From a virus (taxonomy: Duplodnaviria; Caudoviricetes), in the IMG/VR virus record IMGVR_UViG_3300037047_000246: a stretch of DNA of 64,000 bases, one strand, 5' to 3'. Shown piece by piece: positions 55,535 through 63,895 of this stretch (positions within the stretch are counted from its first letter, which is position 1; each line of letters opens with the position of its first letter). The translations under genes and the position numbers were made by a program. The notes under the pieces are model-generated. The model made no database searches. It was not told the DNA's origin and worked only from the letters and a program-made list of their open reading frames with translations.

Positions 55535-57115
55535 CTAAGGCCGATCATGCCGCAAAGGCGCCACACGGCCAAACGCGGGCTTGAATCCGGTGTTGTTCCG
55601 GGTCAGCACCCACACCACGTCGATCCCGCGCGGGCGCAGCTCCAAGGGCACCACGCCGCAGTCGCCGTCAGTCAGGACGATGATGACGTCGAATTCGGTC
55701 CCCAGATGCTTCGGGAAATCCCGAAAAAACTCATCGAATACTGTTCCTCCGCGACCCACCACTTTGGTGCGTTTCAGGTCGGTGGCCTTCTCGACCTTGT
55801 GGACCCCGGCCCAATGTGGTTGGGCGTCGCAGGGGATGACGTACCCTTCGGTATTGCTGCCCAGCACCTGCAGCTGAGAAATCCCGTAAGCCATGTCGTC
55901 GTCGCCCATGGATCCGGAAGTGTCCAGCATCGCCAGCCACCTGGGCTTGTGGGTGTAGCGCTTCGGCAGGTACTGCCGGGGCGTGGTTTGCAGGTACCGG
56001 CGGCGCAGCCGATGCCAATCGTTGTTGAGGCCCGCGTCCTGCACCTTCTTGAGCAGAGCCGACCTCACGATGTCGGTGAACTTCAGTGTCGGCTTCTTGA
56101 GCTCGCCGAGCATTCCCTCGATCTCGGAGGGCACGGTCCCCCTCATCTGGGCGGATTGCTCGGCTGCGCGCATCAGGTCCGCTTGAACCTCTTGCTGCGT
56201 CATGTCTGTCTCGATGTGCGAGTCCATGCCGCCCAATCTGTCGAAGGGGCTGCCGCATGTGTCGCAATGATCTCCGCCGCATCCGCCGCACCCCTGCCCT
56301 GGATTTTGACCGGGCTGGCCCTGGCCGGGCTGGCCCTGACCGGACTGCTTCTGGCCCTGGCCGGGCTGGCCCTGACCGGACTGCTTCTTCTGCCCCTTGG
56401 GGCCCATCGACAGGCTGCCGCAAGACGGGCACTTGCGCGGCGACTTGTTCCAGTGGTCGATGATTTCGTCGTAGATGCTCTCGGGCGACCGGCCGTGCAG
56501 CGATTTGTCGGCGAAGCAGAACTCGTCCTTGGGCAGCTCCTTGGTGCCGTCGATGTAGGCCAGAAACTCTCCGAGCAACATCGGCTGGCCGATGTTGCCG
56601 CCGAACAGCGTCCCCTTGCGGCCGGTCTTCTCCTGGTCGGACAGGATGCACGCGTTGACCACGTAGTCGACAGCGATGTTCCAGACCTTGGATTGCTTGT
56701 CGCGGCCCCGCTTCGGGTGGAAGAACACCACGTGGTAGCCTTCGTGCTGCATCACCGTTGCGATCTCGTCCGGGGTCAGCGTCGCCAGGAACACCGGGTT
56801 CCAGTAGTACTTGCGGCCATCGGTGGCGGCCGTGTCGACGGTCTGGCCGCCGAGCTTGATCACAAGCTCGTGGCACTTCGGGGCGGACAGGGCGAACAAA
56901 AACGGGTTGCCTCCGTTTTCAGGCTTCTTGAACAGCCTGGTCATGCAGGACGTGACCTTCTCCTGCAAATCGTGCAGGCGCACGCCCTTGAACGCCTTGC
57001 GCATCTTCTCGAGCTTGTCTTTGGGGAACTTGTCGTCCTTCTCGAGAGCGTCCAGCCAAAGGACGGCCTCCTTCTCCATCACGTCGCGCGGGTCGGACAA
57101 ACGGGAACCGATCAT
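55535..57115 (-). CDS. HExxH metallopeptidase-like plus VWA-domain protein (DUF2201-type MoxR partner)
   Basis: TAATDG, VMQHEGYHVV (HExxH), WNIAVDYVVN, MIDAS motif LDTSGSMG, GGGT and VLTDG; Q/G repeat linker. Confidence 0.93.
   Translation of the reverse strand: MIGSRLSDPRDVMEKEAVLWLDALEKDDKFPKDKLEKMRKAFKGVRLHDLQEKVTSCMTRLFKKPENGGNPFLFALSAPKCHELVIKLGGQTVDTAATDGRKYYWNPVFLATLTPDEIATVMQHEGYHVVFFHPKRGRDKQSKVWNIAVDYVVNACILSDQEKTGRKGTLFGGNIGQPMLLGEFLAYIDGTKELPKDEFCFADKSLHGRSPESIYDEIIDHWNKSPRKCPSCGSLSMGPKGQKKQSGQGQPGQGQKQSGQGQPGQGQPGQNPGQGCGGCGGDHCDTCGSPFDRLGGMDSHIETDMTQQEVQADLMRAAEQSAQMRGTVPSEIEGMLGELKKPTLKFTDIVRSALLKKVQDAGLNNDWHRLRRRYLQTTPRQYLPKRYTHKPRWLAMLDTSGSMGDDDMAYGISQLQVLGSNTEGYVIPCDAQPHWAGVHKVEKATDLKRTKVVGRGGTVFDEFFRDFPKHLGTEFDVIIVLTDGDCGVVPLELRPRGIDVVWVLTRNNTGFKPAFGRVAPLRHDRP
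56315..56392 (-). repeat. Q/G-rich coding tandem repeat in the VWA-protein linker
   Basis: KQSGQGQPGQG twice, followed by QPGQ. Confidence 0.8.
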
Positions 57116-57118
57116 GTT

Positions 57119-57172
57119 GTCACCTCCATGCTGCGGTACGCGCCGCAGGGCGCGATCGCCGCTGCGCGTTGA
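57119..57172 (-). promoter_or_regulatory. Promoter-like cassette upstream of the VWA gene
   Basis: TCAA-N28-CGTACCG...GGAGGTGA-caac-ATG. Confidence 0.7.
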
Positions 57173-57175
57173 ATG

Positions 57176-58039
57176 TCATACCTGTAGTTCAATGAGTATC
57201 GCCTGTATGTCATCCACCCCGATAAACCTAAGCAGTTTGATAAGCAGCAAACGGGCTTGTCGCAGATGATGTTCTCTGCGCACAGTTTTTTCACGCTCAG
57301 CTCTGGCCGATGCAATTTTTGCTTTATGATCATCGGACAATCGCTTGCCTAGGTTTGCTGCACTTATCTTCGCACGCATTTCGGTGGTCCACGTCCGGTC
57401 TCGACCGGCTTGAGCAGCTCTTTCTCTGGCCAAAGCAGGCCACCCCGAATTTTTGCGAATAGTCGTCTTCCTGTGCTTGGCCGCCTCACTCATATGCTGC
57501 CTGACCTCAGGCGTATACACGCGCTCTTTGGCAGCTTGACTCATCTTAGTTAGAACGTCGGGTCGCGCACAAACCTCCCGAGAAGCTTCTGCTCTTTTGA
57601 CCTTGGACTCGGATGTGCCGAGCGCCGCTTTGTTTGCAGCCCGAGCCTCTTGAGTATGAAGATGGCTGCGGTCAATTGTCATTTGCTTGGCTCGATACTC
57701 CGGGTCGTCCCAAGGATTTTTGCGAACCGGATGCGGCTTGTGTTGCTCACCCTTAGCCAGATTGAAGCCAAACTCGGGGTTGCGAGTGTCATAAAACTCG
57801 ATCCATTTCTGTTCGGCGGCATTGGCCTCTTCGAGCGTTTCACATACTTCGAGCACTTCGTGCTCGAACGCCTCAGGCCCATACTTCCGGATGGCGTTTG
57901 GGAAATGCCAGCGGCCGCCCCTTGTGGATTTGGCTTGGCAGACATGCTGCGCCCAACGCCGTTCCATTGTGCGTTTGGTCAGTCCAACATACCTGCGTTG
58001 CGACTCCGTGTGTATGTGGCAGTAGACAGTCCAACCCAT
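57176..58039 (-). mobile_element. GIY-YIG homing endonuclease with NUMOD3-like repeats, paralogue of 46941..47864
   Basis: WTVYCHIHTESQRRYVGLT...GFNLAKG...GKRLSDDHKAKI. Confidence 0.9.
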
Positions 58040-58062
58040 GCTGGACCGGTTCCATAAACGAA

Positions 58063-58674
58063 CTAAACTTTCATGACTCCTTCCACGAAGCACTCGTCCA
58101 CGATGCGGTGCAGGTCTTCCCTTGTCGCGCCCTTGGCGATGGATGCTTTGAGCGGACCCATCAGGTCTGCCATGTGCAGCTCGAGCGGCGAGACCGATGT
58201 CCTGAGCTTGGCCCGCACATTGGCGGCGAGCACGTCGATTTGCGGGTGGTATTCCAGAGTCGGGTCCTCCCGCAAGACCTTTTCGACAGCCTTCATCATT
58301 CGGCAAGCCGCGTCGCTGCTCCAACTGTGCACGGTGTTGCCTTTGTTCGGCCCGTGCTCCAGCACTCGCCCTTTGCCGAACATCTCGGCGCAGTGCTTCG
58401 GCCAGCCGGCATACAGCAGCGACGCCACCAGCAGCGCCTCCAGGCGCGGCCTGGGGTCGTTTGGATGCCGTGGCGCTAGCGAAAGGACGTTCGTCGACAG
58501 CAAAACCCCGTTTCGCTGCGGATATACGTGCACCACGAACGAGCGGCCTCCTGCGCCCTTCATGGTCAGGCAGTCAGCTTCGAGAAAGTCCCAGGCGGCA
58601 GACCCTTCAATCATTTCGCGGACCGCGGCCTCCGCAGCTTTTCGCTGAGCCACTGTCCGCCCAAGTTCGCTCAT
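58063..58674 (-). CDS. Hypothetical protein with helical tag (VEGVMKV)
   Basis: ...SIAKGATREDLHRIVDECFVEGVMKV*; GGAGGTGA SD. Confidence 0.75.
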   Translation of the reverse strand: MSELGRTVAQRKAAEAAVREMIEGSAAWDFLEADCLTMKGAGGRSFVVHVYPQRNGVLLSTNVLSLAPRHPNDPRPRLEALLVASLLYAGWPKHCAEMFGKGRVLEHGPNKGNTVHSWSSDAACRMMKAVEKVLREDPTLEYHPQIDVLAANVRAKLRTSVSPLELHMADLMGPLKASIAKGATREDLHRIVDECFVEGVMKV

Positions 58675-58678
58675 GCGG

Positions 58679-60514
58679 TCACCTCCGGTGGCTCGCTACT
58701 GGCAGCAGCGGGCGATCGCCGCCGCCCGCTGCGGGCGGCTCCCAGACCCAGCGCTTTTTGCCCAAATCCCAGATTCTGGAGTAACCTTGGGCTTCCCTGA
58801 GCTCGACTTCAGTTTTGCCTGTCTGCTTCTCTGCAGCGGTTTTGCGCAGCCCGGATTTGTGGTGCCTCTTTCCGCCTTTCACCCAGTAGTAGTCCGGCTT
58901 CAGTTCGCCGTCCAGCCTGAATCCGATCTTGCCGTACACGCGGCCGTCGAACAGCCGATTGTCGGAGAAAGACACCACAGACCGTGGCGAACGGTCGACT
59001 GCGAACATTTGCATAACCTTGGACCACACCCCATGTACTCGAAAGCCTGGATGAGCGGACATTCGAACGAGTTCCCAGTCATGCTTGGACTGGCGCGTGG
59101 GGCGCTTAAACGAGCAGCAAGCGATCATTTTTTGGTTGTAGAACACGCCGTAGTTCTCGACAGATTTCGTCTGTCCTATGTAGTGATGCTGCTCGTAGAA
59201 CTTGTCTGCGGCAGTCCTGTCCACAGAGCGAATTTCGCATTCGGACGGCCTGAGCGGCGCTGGCCGGTTCGCTCCGAGCCGGTTTCGCAGCAAATTCTCC
59301 ATCTTGGAGCGGCCAGCCGTCCACTCGTCCTCAAAAATCATGATAAAGTCGCATCCTGACGCAGCGGCGTTGGCATGCTTCTCGGCGTCTCTCTTTCTTG
59401 AGTCCTTGCGCGAATGCCACTTCAGGCCGTTGAACTCGATCGCCAGGTTCTTGGGCGGAACCCAGATGTCGTAAGTCAGATTCCCTACTTTATGCTCCAG
59501 CTCTGCTTCGACGCCGAGGCTCTGGATAAATGCGAATACTTCGTTTTGGCCTCCAGACACCCGCGACGTCGAGCAGCCGCAGGTCAAGGACTTGCCGAGC
59601 CGAATTCCGCTCCATCTAGGGTAGTATTCGCCCGAGCACAACCTACACCGAGCGCGGAACGGCTTGCTTGCGTTTGAAATCGTCTCAAGAGCTACCGGGC
59701 ACCAGTCCGGAAGCTGCTCCGGAGAGATAGGAGCCCGTAGCTTTCGGATTTCGTCTTTGCCTGATTCCCACTTCAGTCTGCAGGACAGGTAGCACCGGCC
59801 GCACGACCTCGCTTTGCCCCGCGTGACGGCGAACACCTTTGAAAAAATTTCTCTGCCGCAATCGCATCGCCACCAGACTTTTTTGTTCGAGTTGGCTTTG
59901 ACGATTTGCGGATCGCGCATTTGCAAGCGACCGAACTTCTTGCCGGCCAAAGACTCAGCCGACAGTTCGTTGCACCGGCCGCAGGTGCCGATTGTACCTT
60001 GCAGCACGTATCTGGCCTGAGCTTCTGTGGTCCGGCCGCAGTCGCACCGCCATGTCAGCTTCCTGTGCGATTCCGGAGCAATGTGCGCCAGGCCCTTTGC
60101 ATCTGCCAGGCATAACTTTCCAAACTTCTTGCCGGATATTTGAACGATAGGCATGTCGCGGCAGTGTCCGCACGTCCTGTCGCGTCCGACGACGTCAAAA
60201 ACGCGGGCGGCGACCTCGCCGCCGCAGTCGCACACCCACTGAACCTTCTTGGCCGACCCTGCGGTGACGGTCGCGGGAGTCTTCATGCGCAGCGACCCGA
60301 ACCGACGCCCGGCCATGTCCCTGGTCGAGATTTCGTTGCACCGGCCGCAGGATCGGGTCCGCCCTTTCAACACGTTGCCGACCAATTTTGTCGCGGTTCT
60401 GCCGCAATCGCATCGCCAACGGGCCTTGGTTCGCCATCCGAATGGGCCTGGGTCTAACAGAATCAGTTTGCCAATGCGCGCATCCTGATGTAAACACTCG
60501 ATTTTGGCTTCCAT
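58679..60514 (-). mobile_element. Hef-like homing endonuclease: 4-5 GxxFGxL...WxCDCG...CGxC zinc repeats, a Vsr/DUF559-like nuclease domain and a GNAT-like C-terminus
   Basis: Repeated WRCDCG; YDIWVPPKNLAIEFNGLKWH; FSDNRLFDGRVYGKIGF...IWDLGKKRWVW. Confidence 0.85.
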
Positions 60515-60658
60515 ACCATCAAACGTACAATTAAAAACCAACGACGGGATAACATACAGTCGCGGAGCCACTCTCAATGGTTTACACCGGGCCGTTCTGA
60601 ATTCAGGCTTATTGGAGGAAACGGAGGAGGGGATCTGGCGGTATTGCTGAACCGGTGC

Positions 60659-61765
60659 TCAGTCGTTGAGGCTCTTGCGGATCTTGACGTAGACAGACAT
60701 CAGCTCCTGCACCCGGGTGAGCTTCCAGTCCTGGATGATCTTCATCGACAGGACCGACTTGACCGCGCCGATCGCGAACTCGGACGGGATGTCGTTCATC
60801 CACCCGAAGACGTTCTTGGTGATCTTCATGATCTTTTCGTCCTGCTTGGCCCGATCGGTGCCGGACGGTGCTTCGCGGCCGAGCTTGGCGATTTCGCCGC
60901 AGCCCGCGATGGCGCAAACCATGATGCGGTCCACGGTCATGCCGTCGATGTTGGGCTTGACGCCTTCCCGGACCAGCTTGTTGATGATGGGTTCGACATG
61001 CCGGTAGTGGTCGAGCCATACTCGAAACTTGACCGCTGCCGCCTGCCCGACGCGCCCAGCCACCAGCATCGTCTGGAAGTCCACAGACTCCTTCGCCGCC
61101 AGGTTCAGATCGCGAGCGGCCTGGGTCCAGGCGCGGGGCGAGGGGTGGCTGTAGGCGGTGTCGTCGCCCTCGGGCGGCGGCATCAGCAGGTATTCCTGGT
61201 TCTTGCTCAGGAAGCCCACGACCAGGCCGTTGATGCCGGAGTCCGTGGCCCACTGCTGCCAGGGGTCGAAGCTGGACTCCACCTTGTAGACCATGCAGCG
61301 GTTGGTCAGGGCGTGCGACACCGGGAGGCTGAATGCGCCCTCCTCGGGCAAGTTGCCCGTGGCGATGATGCTGTGGATGTCGAGCGCCCGGCCGTTGATG
61401 CTCCGGAACTGGAACAGCTCCAGCATCGGGTTCTGCAGCTCCGGCTTGGCCTTGTCGATCTCGTCCACGATGAGGACCACGCCCTGGGGCCGCGTGCCCT
61501 TGATGGGCAAGAACTTGGGGGTGGCGTACTCCGAGAGCTTGGTCTCGGAGTCGATCATCGGCAGGCCCATCAGGTCGGGGGCCTCGAGCACGGACAGGTT
61601 CAGGTAGACCTGCTCCCGGCCCTTGGACTGCGCGGCCTGTATTGCGCACTCCGTCTTCCCCACTCCAGCGTTGCCGAAGATGATGACGTTCCCGCCCGCC
61701 TCGATCGAGAAGCGGTAGATGGTCATCATTGTGGCCTGGTCGATGCTGTGTACGCCGGTAAGCAT
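60659..61765 (-). CDS. MoxR-family AAA+ ATPase
   Basis: Walker A GNAGVGKT, Walker B LIVDEID, sensor ATGN, ALTNR and PSPRAW. Confidence 0.93.
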   Translation of the reverse strand: MLTGVHSIDQATMMTIYRFSIEAGGNVIIFGNAGVGKTECAIQAAQSKGREQVYLNLSVLEAPDLMGLPMIDSETKLSEYATPKFLPIKGTRPQGVVLIVDEIDKAKPELQNPMLELFQFRSINGRALDIHSIIATGNLPEEGAFSLPVSHALTNRCMVYKVESSFDPWQQWATDSGINGLVVGFLSKNQEYLLMPPPEGDDTAYSHPSPRAWTQAARDLNLAAKESVDFQTMLVAGRVGQAAAVKFRVWLDHYRHVEPIINKLVREGVKPNIDGMTVDRIMVCAIAGCGEIAKLGREAPSGTDRAKQDEKIMKITKNVFGWMNDIPSEFAIGAVKSVLSMKIIQDWKLTRVQELMSVYVKIRKSLND

Positions 61766-61871
61766 TCTGTCACCTCATTGGGTTGGTTGTCTGTCGGGGC
61801 TCCATCGCCCCATCCGCCGATACGCGGCACGGCGGCGCGCCTCCGCCACCTTTTGAGCAGTACGGTACCAC

Positions 61872-62597
61872 ATGAAACCGAGATGGTGCAGCGAACATGC
61901 GATGGAGTTCAAACAGTTTGGGCCTCGAAGCTTCCAGTGCCCCGAGTGTTACAATCGGAAGAGGCGAGCGCGCTACGCTGTCCGCAAGGACAGTTTGCGC
62001 GCGGTCCAAACAAGGGACCGCGCTCGGCGCGCGGCTTCTGGCAAAACGCGAGCTTGGCGCGTGGCTTACCACGAGAAGCTGAAGTGCGAAACCTTCTCGC
62101 ACTACGGCAGCAAGTGTCCTTGCGGCGAAACCAGGCTGAGTCGCCTGGCGCTCGATCATGTTCGAGACGACGGGCATGCGCACCGTGTCAAGACTCGCCT
62201 GAGCGGCTGCAAATTGTACTCCTGGCTCAGGATGCACAACTGGCCTGGAGGCTACAAGGTACTTTGTCACAATTGCAACATTCTGAAGCGCGCTGCTCGG
62301 TATGGCAGCCGTGAGCAAACACGTCGCGCTGCCATTAGACTTGCGCGAGAAGCGCGAGTCAAGCTGCAAGTCATCACACATTACGGCGAGAGTAGAGCGG
62401 CTTGCGTGCGCTGCGGATACGACAGGCTCGAAGCCCTCACCATCGATCACGTTGGCAATGATGGACACCTGACTCGCGGTCAAATGTCGCCTGGATACCA
62501 ATTTTATGCTGCGTTGGCCCGGCAGGGATATCCGGACGGATACCAGACGCTGTGCTTTTGCTGCAACATGGAAAAGGAAATATTGCTGCATAGATGA
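61872..62597 (+). mobile_element. Endonuclease-like protein with two tandem HNH domains
   Basis: HYG...C..CG...LALDHV..DG...LCHNCN and HYG...CVRCG...LTIDHV..DG...LCFCCN. Confidence 0.85.
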
Positions 62598-62747
62598 GGG
62601 TATGCGGCGGGCGACTGCGCTGCCGCTGCCTTTTGAGCGTAATCTTTGGGCTGCTCCGGCCTTTGATCGCGCGACGCGCGCGATCCGCTCTTCGAAGAGG
62701 ACGGGAAGTCCGGCCGCCCGCCGCGTACCGAACGGTGAGGTGATCTC

Positions 62748-62990
62748 GTGAGATTGCAAGGACACGATTGGGAGCGCATGGAATGGGCGGGGTTCACGGA
62801 CGCCAACCCGTGGGATCGCGACGCGCAGCGCCAGTTTCTGTACATCTGGAGATGTAACGACTGCAAGGCCGTGGTCAAAGCCACCGAATCGTGCGGAATG
62901 CCGGGCCGGTTGGTTCTCGTGTGCGCCGGGCTGCCTGCCGGGTTGACTTGCGAGCAGTCGGCAGCGCTGAGAGACGTTCATTTGAGCTGA
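62748..62990 (+). CDS. CxxC...C micro-protein with tag (LRDVHLS)
   Basis: GHDW...WRCNDC...LTCEQSAALRDVHLS*; GAGGTGA SD. Confidence 0.75.
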   Translation: MRLQGHDWERMEWAGFTDANPWDRDAQRQFLYIWRCNDCKAVVKATESCGMPGRLVLVCAGLPAGLTCEQSAALRDVHLS

Positions 62991-63265
62991 CAGGAGGCAA
63001 CCTGTGCCGAAGTGCATGGCGGAAAACGACGACTCCAGCTGCAGCAACGAGGCGACTGTTTTCGGCGCACTGGGGCGGTCAAATCCTTTGCTTCTGTGCT
63101 GATGCGACGAGCACTGGGTGCACTGCCTTCCAGGCGAGCGCCGCATGGACCAGGACGAGTGGCTTGGTTTGCAGGCTTTGCAAGAGGTGCACCGCATTTG
63201 AGTAGCGCCCTGGCCCGCAAAAGCAGGCGGAGCTGCTCCGCCCGATCGCGTATTGGGCAGCGGAG

Positions 63266-63895
63266 GTGACGGACATGGCAGAGTCGAGCTATGCGAAAGT
63301 CAGCAGGCTCATCGCAGAGACAGCGGCTGGCAGGGCTATGTTTGCTCGGGCGCGCGAGCGCCTCGTGACGCTCAATGTGTCCGGCGTGAGGTTCAAGCTG
63401 CAAACAGCGAGAAGCGTCGGCGACAAGGCCGTCGCCTTGCCGATGGCCGTAGTGTCCCACTGCGACGGAGAATACGGCAGCACGCACAACGGGCAAATTT
63501 GGATGGCCGGCTCTAGCTTTTTGAGCAGCCAGGAGTGCCACGACCTTGTGCGCGCCGCGTTCGGCGTGACGGTCAAGACGTACTTCATCGACAAAGGGGT
63601 GCTCGTCGGCAACAAACACCGCAAGAACACCGCGAGCTTCTACGAGTATGCGGCGGGCATGTTCGAGAAGGAGTATGCCGCAGAGATGCAGGCGGCCCAG
63701 GGTCGGCTCCTGAAGCAAACGCAAGAACTGCTGGAATCGAGCGAGACGGTCAGGCTTGGCGAGGAGTTTCTCGCGCAGCATGCGGTGGCAGACATCAAGC
63801 TCGCTCTGGCCGCATACGCGCACCTCGGCAAAGACATCCTGAAGCAAGCGATACAGGAGTATATCGTGGACGACGTTTTTGAGTTCGATTCTTGA
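63266..63895 (+). CDS. Hypothetical protein with an extended tag-like end (VDDVFEFDS); ATG start probably 63275
   Basis: GGAGGTGA SD after the promoter cassette. Confidence 0.75.
   Translation: MTDMAESSYAKVSRLIAETAAGRAMFARARERLVTLNVSGVRFKLQTARSVGDKAVALPMAVVSHCDGEYGSTHNGQIWMAGSSFLSSQECHDLVRAAFGVTVKTYFIDKGVLVGNKHRKNTASFYEYAAGMFEKEYAAEMQAAQGRLLKQTQELLESSETVRLGEEFLAQHAVADIKLALAAYAHLGKDILKQAIQEYIVDDVFEFDS

Noticed and set aside
7863-62990. The tag as a by-product of translational coupling (GAGGTG SD encoding Glu-Val; TCA-TGA giving an ATGA overlap)
   Set aside because: This may contribute in some genes. However, the tag persists where the next SD lies after the stop (37373, 50376), where a promoter follows (44145, 49779) or a hairpin follows (51515), and with GTC/TAA codons (17966). 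Coupling also does not explain H/Q/M at -3 or the hydrophobic residue at -7.
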